Origin: Candidatus Saccharimonadota bacterium
GTDB lineage: Bacteria; Patescibacteriota; Saccharimonadia; Saccharimonadales; Saccharimonadaceae
Direction of reading: 5' to 3'
DNA length: 64,000 nt
Assembly (NCBI GenBank): GCA_027492465.1
Contig: JAPUET010000009.1
Coordinates: 15,687-79,686 of the forward strand
In this document: positions 6,897-13,756 of the stretch, one piece after another
Position numbering within the stretch: position 1 is the first letter of the stretch
Layout of the letters: each line of letters opens with the position of its first letter
Translations under genes and position numbers: made by a program
The notes under the pieces: generated by a model
Told to the model about the DNA's origin: nothing
What the model saw: the letters and a program-made list of their open reading frames with translations, nothing else
The model's database searches: none

Positions 6897-7559
6897 CTAA
6901 TCATCTAACGGCTGGGCGGCCGCCACGGCAACCCACACCTCTTTGGCGCCAGCGTCTAGTAGTGCTTTGGCCGCAGCATTAAGCGTAGAGCCAGTCGTGG
7001 TAATATCATCGATCACCAAATAATAGCCCGAACAGTTGGCGGCCATAAATGCTTGACTGGCCTGCCGCACACGTTGCTTGCGCGTTGCTCCGCGCTGAAT
7101 ACTATTGGTTTTACGCCGAAGGAGGGGAGTGTAACCAAGGCCGCGCAACTTGGCAAACTGGCGAGCTAGCAATACCGTTTGATCATATCCGCGCTGACGG
7201 ATATGTGGCGCTATAGTAGGTATCGGTACAATGATTACGTTAGTAGGTAATAGGGGAAGGGTTGAATGAAGCAGCTCGGCTAAAGGTTTATAGGCCGCCC
7301 GCGTACGCTCAAACTTATATCGGTTTAGGAGTTCTTTTAACCCTTCACTACGACTGCCCACACACCATGCCTTGGTGAACGAGGGCTTGCAACCTGTACA
7401 GATATTTTGCATGGGTAGGGTTAGTTTATGACATAAAATACATGCTTCGAACGGCTCACTAACGATGTTATATTTACAATGCTCGCATAGTAACTCGCCA
7501 ATACGCCCGCAAGAGCTACAGTAGTGAGGCGCGATAAGCTGTATGGGTGAAAACTGCAT
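6897..7559 (-). CDS. comF: ComF-family phosphoribosyltransferase-domain protein
   Basis: 220-aa ORF. N-terminal Cys-rich zinc-finger-like region (CSSCGRIGELLCEHCKYN ... CILCH ... CTGC). C-terminal PRTase motif YYLVIDDITTTGSTLNAAAKAL. Confidence 0.85.
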   Translation of the reverse strand: MQFSPIQLIAPHYCSSCGRIGELLCEHCKYNIVSEPFEACILCHKLTLPMQNICTGCKPSFTKAWCVGSRSEGLKELLNRYKFERTRAAYKPLAELLHSTLPLLPTNVIIVPIPTIAPHIRQRGYDQTVLLARQFAKLRGLGYTPLLRRKTNSIQRGATRKQRVRQASQAFMAANCSGYYLVIDDITTTGSTLNAAAKALLDAGAKEVWVAVAAAQPLDD

Positions 7560-7589
7560 TGTATTTTTTACTCTATAGAACCGTTTTAG

Positions 7590-7618
7590 TTGATTATACC
7601 GCTAGGCTCGTTTATAAT
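7590..7618 (+). promoter_or_regulatory. sigma70-like promoter for the Hsp20 gene
   Basis: TTGATT (7590-7595), 17-nt spacer, TATAAT (7613-7618). Followed about 35 nt later by SD GGAGGA and the ATG at 7666. Confidence 0.45.
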
Positions 7619-7665
7619 AAACTTTAGACATTTGTCAAAGCCAACGAGAAAAGTGGAGGATATCA

Positions 7666-8142
7666 ATGGCACGTAAGCAAAACGACGATCTTTTGATCGA
7701 GGATGAACTCGCTGCAGCATTCCTGAATGACGACAGCCTAGCAGACGACCCTGTGGCCGCTCCTGCTCAACAACCGACCGATGCAGACAACCCTTGGGAA
7801 GAATCAGAAGATGATTTTCCCGGACAGCTTGCTGTTGACGTCTACGAAACCGACGAACAGCTCATCGTGAAAGCACGCACGGCTGGCGTAAACAAAGAAG
7901 ATCTTGATGTAAGCATTTCTGATGGCATCTTGACGATCAGCGGTACGCTTAGTAGCGGCGACGATGCAGTTGCAACCAACTGGCATATCCAGGAATGTTA
8001 TTGGGGCGAATTTAGCCGCACACTTGCACTACCGGTTGCCGTAAAGGAAGATGAGGTTGCTGCTGTACTAAAAGACGGCGTGCTCACCATAACCTTTTCA
8101 AAGATCAAGCAAGAACAGGCTAAGAAAATTACTATTCAGTAG
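7666..8142 (+). CDS. Hsp20/alpha-crystallin family small heat-shock protein
   Basis: 158-aa ORF. Acidic N-terminal arm followed by an alpha-crystallin domain (LAVDVYETDEQLIVKARTAGVNKEDLDVSISDGILTISG ... FSRTLALPVAV ... KDGVLTITFSK). Strong SD. Confidence 0.92.
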   Translation: MARKQNDDLLIEDELAAAFLNDDSLADDPVAAPAQQPTDADNPWEESEDDFPGQLAVDVYETDEQLIVKARTAGVNKEDLDVSISDGILTISGTLSSGDDAVATNWHIQECYWGEFSRTLALPVAVKEDEVAAVLKDGVLTITFSKIKQEQAKKITIQ

Positions 8143-8190
8143 TTATTACCTGCCGGGTAAGAAATACTGCTCCAGGAAACTGGGGCAATA

Positions 8191-8231
8191 TTTTTTTGGA
8201 TTAAGCCCCTAATCGGCTTAATCCAAAAAAA
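8191..8231. terminator. bidirectional rho-independent terminator (Hsp20 gene / pilin operon)
   Basis: Perfect 17-bp stem TTTTTTTGGATTAAGCC / GGCTTAATCCAAAAAAA with a 7-nt loop and T-runs on both strands. A second hairpin AGACTGTCACG/CGTGACAGTCT lies at 8233-8258. Confidence 0.8.
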
Positions 8232-8278
8232 TAGACTGTCACGGAATCGTGACAGTCTACCGAACCTAGAGACGGCTG

Positions 8279-8680
8279 CTATTCGCCGCCAACGAGACTC
8301 TTTACAACAAAGTCGACCGCTGCGTAGGCAAGAATTGCCACAACAAGACCAATGACAGAGTAAAGAATGGTGTTTTTGGCACTGGTTACCGCCGAGCTAT
8401 CGCCCTGCGACACTACATAGCGGAATCCGCCGATAATAAGCATGATCACTGAAACTGCACCAATAACAAACAAGAGCACTTTGGATACGGTTTCAAAGAT
8501 ACCGCCTTGGCCAAATAGTGAGCTTGGTTGTTCAGCACTTTTTGACGAGTTAACTCCGCCTCGTAAAGTAAGGTCGGCAGCCGGATCTTTAGCGGCAAAT
8601 ACCGGCGCTGCACTAACACTCAACACAAAGGCAGGTATTGCTAGAAGAGCAAGGAAGTGCTTTTTAATATTGATTTTCAT
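8279..8680 (-). CDS. VirB2/TrbC-architecture T4SS pilin-like protein (paralogue 1)
   Basis: 133-aa ORF. Signal peptide ending SVSAAPVFA. Core is VLLFVIGAVSVIMLIIGGFRYVVSQGDSSAVTSAKNTILYSVIGLVVAILAYAAVDFVV. Last gene of the pilin operon. Confidence 0.85.
   Translation of the reverse strand: MKINIKKHFLALLAIPAFVLSVSAAPVFAAKDPAADLTLRGGVNSSKSAEQPSSLFGQGGIFETVSKVLLFVIGAVSVIMLIIGGFRYVVSQGDSSAVTSAKNTILYSVIGLVVAILAYAAVDFVVKSLVGGE
8394..8437. repeat. 44-nt block identical to 8859-8902 (within pilin paralogues 1 and 2)
   Basis: GAGCTATCGCCCTGCGACACTACATAGCGGAATCCGCCGATAAT occurs exactly in both genes, while the flanking codons differ at synonymous and non-synonymous sites. Confidence 0.9.
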
Positions 8681-8752
8681 GTATCATAATTCCTTTCGTT
8701 TGATAGAACGTTTACCCTAGTTATAGCAGAAAGCGTGTGCGTTGTTAAGTAG

Positions 8753-9133
8753 TTAGGCGAACTGAGTGACAACAAAGTTAACAATTGCCCAAGCAAAGAT
8801 GGCCACTGCAAGGCCAATAACGGCGTAGAGGATAGTATTTTTAGCACTTGTAACGTTTGAGCTATCGCCCTGCGACACTACATAGCGGAATCCGCCGATA
8901 ATGATCATGATGACCGAAACCGCACCAATAAGATAAAGAAGTGCGTTCACAATTAACTTCACGATATCACCTGGTTTTGTTTGAGTGCCAGTACCACCAG
9001 TTGCATTAAGACCCTTGTTGACACAGTCTTTTGGAGTAGAGCATTGAGCGGCATAGGTAGCAGGCGCATAAGCCATTCCTGCAAGCCCCAAACTTACAAC
9101 AAAACTTGCCACTATAATTTTTATTTTTTTCAT
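8753..9133 (-). CDS. VirB2/TrbC-architecture T4SS pilin-like protein (paralogue 2)
   Basis: 126-aa ORF. Signal peptide (..GMAYAPATYA), Cys pair in the mature head (AAQCSTPKDCVNKG), conserved core GGFRYVVSQGDSSNVTSAKNTILYAVIGLAVAIFAWAIVNFV. SD AGGAG. Confidence 0.85.
   Translation of the reverse strand: MKKIKIIVASFVVSLGLAGMAYAPATYAAQCSTPKDCVNKGLNATGGTGTQTKPGDIVKLIVNALLYLIGAVSVIMIIIGGFRYVVSQGDSSNVTSAKNTILYAVIGLAVAIFAWAIVNFVVTQFA
8859..8902. repeat. 44-nt block identical to 8394-8437
   Basis: Exact copy of the block listed at 8394-8437. Confidence 0.9.
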
Positions 9134-9147
9134 TTTATTCTCCTGTC

Positions 9148-9513
9148 TTATGTAAAGAAGTTATTTACTAACGATATAATTGCCGCCGATAATAGCGCAA
9201 CAGCAAGACCAATAACGGCATAGAGGATAGTATTTTTAGCAGCCGTTACTTTACTGGAATCACCCGCAGAGACGGCATACATAAATCCTCCGATAATAAT
9301 AACAATAAAAGCAACTCCCGCCAAAATGATTAATGCCAAACTGACATAATTCCATACACCCTTTGATAGGTCGGTGTTTGATTTTACCAGCTTACATTGA
9401 CCAGCGTTGCTTGATTGGCAGGGAATGGTAAGCGCAGACGCAGAAGGGGCGAGTGCATAATTTATGGCAAAAAATCCCACAGCAACTAGTAGTCCAATAA
9501 AAAACTGTCGCAT
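9148..9513 (-). CDS. VirB2/TrbC-architecture T4SS pilin-like protein (paralogue 3)
   Basis: 121-aa ORF. Signal peptide (..ALAPSASA), Cys pair (IPCQSSNAGQCKLV), core GGFMYAVSAGDSSKVTAAKNTILYAVIGLAVALLSAAII. Confidence 0.85.
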   Translation of the reverse strand: MRQFFIGLLVAVGFFAINYALAPSASALTIPCQSSNAGQCKLVKSNTDLSKGVWNYVSLALIILAGVAFIVIIIGGFMYAVSAGDSSKVTAAKNTILYAVIGLAVALLSAAIISLVNNFFT

Positions 9514-9515
9514 TA

Positions 9516-9812
9516 CTATGAAGCTCCGCTTATAACTATGCTAGTAATTCCAAATGCCAGTAAAATCACTACAAGACCAATAACCGCTGAAAGAATAGCA
9601 TTTTTAGCCCGGGTAATAAGCTGTTGATTATTAGCCGAAACAACATACATAAATCCAGCAGCAACAATAACAATAACGGCTATTACCGCTGCCCAAAAAT
9701 ATACGGCGTTTAAAATATCTTTTAATTTAAAATCCGAAGCTGCAGGAATACCTGCGGTTTGCTGATTAATGAGTGCAGCAAAGTAAAAGAGGTGAGTATA
9801 GAGCATATTCAT
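9516..9812 (-). CDS. divergent T4SS pilin-like protein (paralogue 4)
   Basis: 98-aa ORF. Two hydrophobic helices separated by the loop FMYVVSANNQQLITRAKNAILSAVIGLVV. No Cys pair and only a weak signal peptide. Its start overlaps the upstream stop (ATGA). Confidence 0.75.
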   Translation of the reverse strand: MNMLYTHLFYFAALINQQTAGIPAASDFKLKDILNAVYFWAAVIAVIVIVAAGFMYVVSANNQQLITRAKNAILSAVIGLVVILLAFGITSIVISGAS

Positions 9813-10243
9813 AGTATACTCGCAATCGTGTTTATTATGGCCGCGGCCAGTAGTACAATAATTAACCCAATAATGGCGTTTGTGATGGTTTTCTTAGCGT
9901 CACTCATGCCATCTGAAGACCCAGCACTCAGCATGTACGTAAAGCCGCCTTTTATAATGAAGAATGCTGCAACATACGCCGCTATACCAAACCCCGCCTG
10001 TAGTACATTTAGTACTATTGTTGTAATGAATTTGCTCAGATCACCTTTACCACTGCCTGGCGATTTAATAACACAAGCTCCATCCTTTTTTTGCTCTTGT
10101 AGGCCACGGTACCACGGGGTGATCCCAAGAATTGGTGCATCGCTACATGCTGCTGCTGCGGGGATCGAAAAGACAACCGATGGCGCAATCATAGCCCCAG
10201 CAAGGCTTAAGATAACGAGTAGAGATGCAAGGAAGCGGCGCAT
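9809..10243 (-). CDS. divergent T4SS pilin-like protein (paralogue 5)
   Basis: 144-aa ORF. Signal peptide (..SVVFSIPAAAA), Cys pair (ACSDAP...DGACVIK), core GGFTYMLSAGSSDGMSDAKKTITNAIIGLIIVLLAAAIIN. AGGAGG SD. Confidence 0.8.
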   Translation of the reverse strand: MRRFLASLLVILSLAGAMIAPSVVFSIPAAAACSDAPILGITPWYRGLQEQKKDGACVIKSPGSGKGDLSKFITTIVLNVLQAGFGIAAYVAAFFIIKGGFTYMLSAGSSDGMSDAKKTITNAIIGLIIVLLAAAIINTIASIL

Positions 10244-10657
10244 TTAGAATATTCCTCCTGGAATTAACCACATAAGTACCACGCCCATGGCGGCAAATAT
10301 CACCAGACCGATAACTGTTTGTAACATAATATCTTTGGCTTTTTTGATCTGTTCACTGTTGCCCCCTGCGCCAGAATACATAATTCCCGCATACACAAAA
10401 GCGCCGATAGCCACGACACCTATACCGGCAGTAAGAACTCCTAATGCCCATTCTAAAATCATGAAAATCGCCGAGTTGCTAGAGTTAGCACGAGTTCCTT
10501 TTGGGGTGTCGTTATCGGCGGCAGCGCAAAAATTATTGTCTAAAATCGCGCAGGTGAGCTTCTCTTTTGCTATAGCTGGTTGAGCTGAGACAAAAATGGT
10601 AGCTACTAATGCGCTGAATATCAAGGAAATTGCAAGTATGGTACGTGTTGATTTCAT
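10244..10657 (-). CDS. divergent T4SS pilin-like protein (paralogue 6, first gene of operon)
   Basis: The ORF track gives 10244..10747. I prefer the internal ATG at 10657 (MKSTRTILAISLIFSALVATIFVSAQPAIA signal peptide). Cys pair (KLTCAILDNNFCAA), core AGIMYSGAGGNSEQIKKAKDIMLQTVIGLVIFAAMGVVL. Confidence 0.75.
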   Translation of the reverse strand: MKSTRTILAISLIFSALVATIFVSAQPAIAKEKLTCAILDNNFCAAADNDTPKGTRANSSNSAIFMILEWALGVLTAGIGVVAIGAFVYAGIMYSGAGGNSEQIKKAKDIMLQTVIGLVIFAAMGVVLMWLIPGGIF

Positions 10658-10762
10658 AATTTTACAATCTTTACCGCTACTAGTGTACCGCCCTAGGTGG
10701 GTAGCTGTAAAGCCATAGGTAAAAATCGTGCGGTTCTTACCGTACATTTTTTAGCATGAGCA

Positions 10763-10791
10763 TTGACTTTTTAAGATAAAAATGGTAAAAT
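10763..10791 (+). promoter_or_regulatory. sigma70-like promoter, apparently leaderless start of VirB6-like gene 1
   Basis: TTGACT (10763-10768), 17-nt spacer, TAAAAT (10786-10791). The ATG at 10801 is only 9 nt after the -10, and there is no SD. Confidence 0.45.
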
Positions 10792-10800
10792 GAATCAGAT

Positions 10801-13731
10801 ATGTGGGAACTGGCAAAAAGGCTCTCGCACGGTAGATATCCGCTGCGACGTTTTTCACTTGTGGTCATGAGCATGTTGATGGCCTTTTTTGTGGCAACAT
10901 TCGCCCTTTCCACCCCAGCCTACGCCGACGACGCCGAGCGCAACGGTACCACGATTTCTTACCAGGAAAATGAATACGCGGTTGCAAGTAGTACAGATAT
11001 GCCAAGTTCAAAACCCGCTCAAGCAAAATCTGCCTATTTTTACTTAGACTCAGCCGCAAATAAAGCCCATTTTATTTTTACCGAAGAAGTAGACCCTGCA
11101 AAAGCCGCAAAAGGTTACTACGTTGTTTACGACTACACGCCGCCCTCGAATTACAGCAACCCCTCACCCCCAACCGACGTTACATTTACTGCCGGAACAA
11201 GTGCCTCGACCTCTGATTGCGACAATCCGAACCTTACGGGAATTAGCTGGTGGGTGTGCCCAACCGTCAATGCACTTGCAAGCGGGATGGACTGGATTTA
11301 CGGCATTATTTCAAACTTTCTTGTCGTAAAAACCGTCACGGGCGATACAGATTCTGCAATTTATCAAATGTGGACAATTGTAAGAGATATTGCAAATATC
11401 TGTTTCGTTATTGCGATTATTGTAATTGTGTACTCTCAGATAACCAGTATCGGTCTGACGAATTACGGTATAAAACATACATTGTCGCGCCTTATTATCG
11501 CCGCGATACTCGTTAATATATCGTACTGGATCTGTGCGCTCGCGGTGGACGCCTCTAACGTCTTGGGCTACGGTATACATAGCCTGTTTATGGGTGTGCT
11601 CGGCCGACTCAGTGTAGGCGCAAATTATAGTGCGCTCGATCCTACATGGTCGAGTGTCGCCACCTGGGCGCTTGGAAGCGGTGCGGCGGTTGGTATCATA
11701 GCTTTCGCCGTTAACCCGGGAGCAATCTTTTTGCTTATACCTCTTTTACTCGGAGCTGTCACCGCGGCGCTTATTGCGTTGATTGTTCTTGCGGCCCGCC
11801 AAGCACTCATTACGGTGCTTATTATCGTCGCCCCACTTGCCTTTGTGGCCTATATTCTTCCAAATACCGAAAAATGGTTCACCAAATGGCGTGAAACATT
11901 TACAACCATGTTGTTGCTGTTTCCAATCTTTTCGGCAATATTCAGTGGCGCCCAGCTAACAGGTATGGCGATTATTCAAACAGCCGACGGCAATGCTATT
12001 ACCGTTATTCTTGGGTTAGCCGTGCAGGTTGCCCCAATTGTTGTTACGCCACTGCTCGTGAAGTTTAGCGGCAGCATAATTGGGCGCATTGCCGGCATGG
12101 TGAACAACCCAAACAAGGGATTAATTGATCGTTCACGCAAAATGGCCCAAGGGTGGGCTGATGAAACCAAAAAGCGTGCCCTCACTGGTCGAAATATCTC
12201 TGGCACTCTTGCTAAGCGAAAGGGGCTCGGGTGGCTTAATGCCCGCAACCGCGCCACTCAGGGTGTTGATAGTTTCTTCCGTAACCAAGAGGCGCGGCGC
12301 AAAAACCTTGATACTGGTGCCGAGAACCGTTTCGCAGCAACAAACATAGGCCAAAAACGCACCATTGAAGCAGGTAATTTGGGAGTTGATAAAACCGATA
12401 TCGAAACCAGGACCATGGATACCGAATCGGGTAGGGCACTCATGCATCGCCAGGGCATGTCAGAGGTGTATAAAACCAATATGCAGAATCGTTTTGGCGA
12501 ACACACCCTTGGTAAAGACCTTGATATGGAAAAACGAAAGGCCGAACAAAACAAAAAGCGTATTGAAAACGACCATCAAACACATTGGGATAATGCGGTT
12601 CGTACCGACGCCTCACTACTTGAACTAGACCTCAGTGTTAAAAAAAGCGAAAGCAGCGCGGCGCTCGCAAAAGAAAAACTCGAAAAAATGCACGCCGAAA
12701 TTGTCGCCCAGGGCCATAATTCTGAATATATCCTAAACCTACGCGGTATCGATGCGCACTCCCAGGGTACGATGCTCAACATTGCTCACGATTTGAACAA
12801 ACAGGCGATGGAAACAACCTTTGCAAAAGCCGCCAAGACAGAGGCAGAGCACGCACTTACCAGCGCTACAAATGATGTCTTGCTAAAGAACTCTATAAAG
12901 TTTGACGGTGTGGATGCACGAAAATATGCAGCTGGCATTGGTAGTGAAGCGGCCGTGCTTGCAAGCGCTGTGGCGCGCGAACGCAAAGAGTTTGGCGAGG
13001 CAGTCGGGTACCAAAAAGAACTGGCAAGTCACTTTAAGCTTAATGCCGGGCAGATTGAAGAGCTTGCTATGGCAAAGGGTAACGTAACGGTGACCGACGA
13101 TCATGGCAACTCACACACCTTTAGTGTCAACGATGATTACGCCCGTGATATGGCCGTAGAAGAAATCTTTACCGTCGGTTCACATGGCCAAAAGATGGCT
13201 GTGTTGAAATCGACCGGAGCAGGAGAAATCAACTACAGCAACCGACGCACCATTCAGCAGGCGGCTATTAAGAGTGGCTTTAGCAAAGCTGCGCCCGCAA
13301 TCAATGACAAAACGCTCGACGACATCATTAACGGTAGGTTTAAGGGCGACGAAAGCTGGCAGTACCATTCGCTACGCGAAGTACTTGAAGGACGCCTTAA
13401 CCCACAATCTCTCTCGACAGCCAATGTCGCCTCGCTTGAATTCCTATTTGCTGATCCGACCGATCCTAGCAACGCGCTTGCGGCCGCTCAGTTTAACCAA
13501 TTGCTTGCCGATTCAATTCCTGGCGAACTTGCCAACTTACGAAGAAGCAACCCTGCGGCAACCAACGCCGATGCAAGAGCAAGTCTTTTGGGCAAGTTTA
13601 ACGCTGAGCGCGATAAGCTACAACGCATGGCTGCCAGCGTACTCGATACGCCAACTATTCGTCAAAATACTAACGCTCAATCTGCCGACGAACTCAAGCG
13701 GTTTGCCGGAGGTTACTATACGGGCCCGTAG
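10801..13731 (+). CDS. TrbL/VirB6-like polytopic T4SS channel protein with long cytoplasmic tail (paralogue A)
   Basis: 976-aa ORF. Signal peptide (..STPAYA), about 130-aa exported head ending in ISWWVCP, roughly 6-7 TM helices (IANICFVIAIIVIVYSQITSIG.. to ..LAVQVAPIVVTPLLV), then about 540 aa of charged, coiled-coil-like tail. Confidence 0.8.
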   Translation: MWELAKRLSHGRYPLRRFSLVVMSMLMAFFVATFALSTPAYADDAERNGTTISYQENEYAVASSTDMPSSKPAQAKSAYFYLDSAANKAHFIFTEEVDPAKAAKGYYVVYDYTPPSNYSNPSPPTDVTFTAGTSASTSDCDNPNLTGISWWVCPTVNALASGMDWIYGIISNFLVVKTVTGDTDSAIYQMWTIVRDIANICFVIAIIVIVYSQITSIGLTNYGIKHTLSRLIIAAILVNISYWICALAVDASNVLGYGIHSLFMGVLGRLSVGANYSALDPTWSSVATWALGSGAAVGIIAFAVNPGAIFLLIPLLLGAVTAALIALIVLAARQALITVLIIVAPLAFVAYILPNTEKWFTKWRETFTTMLLLFPIFSAIFSGAQLTGMAIIQTADGNAITVILGLAVQVAPIVVTPLLVKFSGSIIGRIAGMVNNPNKGLIDRSRKMAQGWADETKKRALTGRNISGTLAKRKGLGWLNARNRATQGVDSFFRNQEARRKNLDTGAENRFAATNIGQKRTIEAGNLGVDKTDIETRTMDTESGRALMHRQGMSEVYKTNMQNRFGEHTLGKDLDMEKRKAEQNKKRIENDHQTHWDNAVRTDASLLELDLSVKKSESSAALAKEKLEKMHAEIVAQGHNSEYILNLRGIDAHSQGTMLNIAHDLNKQAMETTFAKAAKTEAEHALTSATNDVLLKNSIKFDGVDARKYAAGIGSEAAVLASAVARERKEFGEAVGYQKELASHFKLNAGQIEELAMAKGNVTVTDDHGNSHTFSVNDDYARDMAVEEIFTVGSHGQKMAVLKSTGAGEINYSNRRTIQQAAIKSGFSKAAPAINDKTLDDIINGRFKGDESWQYHSLREVLEGRLNPQSLSTANVASLEFLFADPTDPSNALAAAQFNQLLADSIPGELANLRRSNPAATNADARASLLGKFNAERDKLQRMAASVLDTPTIRQNTNAQSADELKRFAGGYYTGP

Positions 13732-13756
13732 ACTTTTACTAACAGAATGTTGGCCT

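Noticed and set aside
9759-10247. 162-aa plus-strand ORF antisense to pilin paralogues 4-5
   Set aside because: It lies entirely antisense to two well-supported, translationally coupled genes. Its hydrophobic composition simply mirrors the TM-rich sense strand. It has no SD and no independent motif.
13732-13756. Possible terminator or regulatory site in the 25-nt gap between the convergent VirB6-like genes
   Set aside because: I could find no stable hairpin or T-run in the 25 nt. Termination signals probably lie within the opposing coding ends, so nothing can be supported here.
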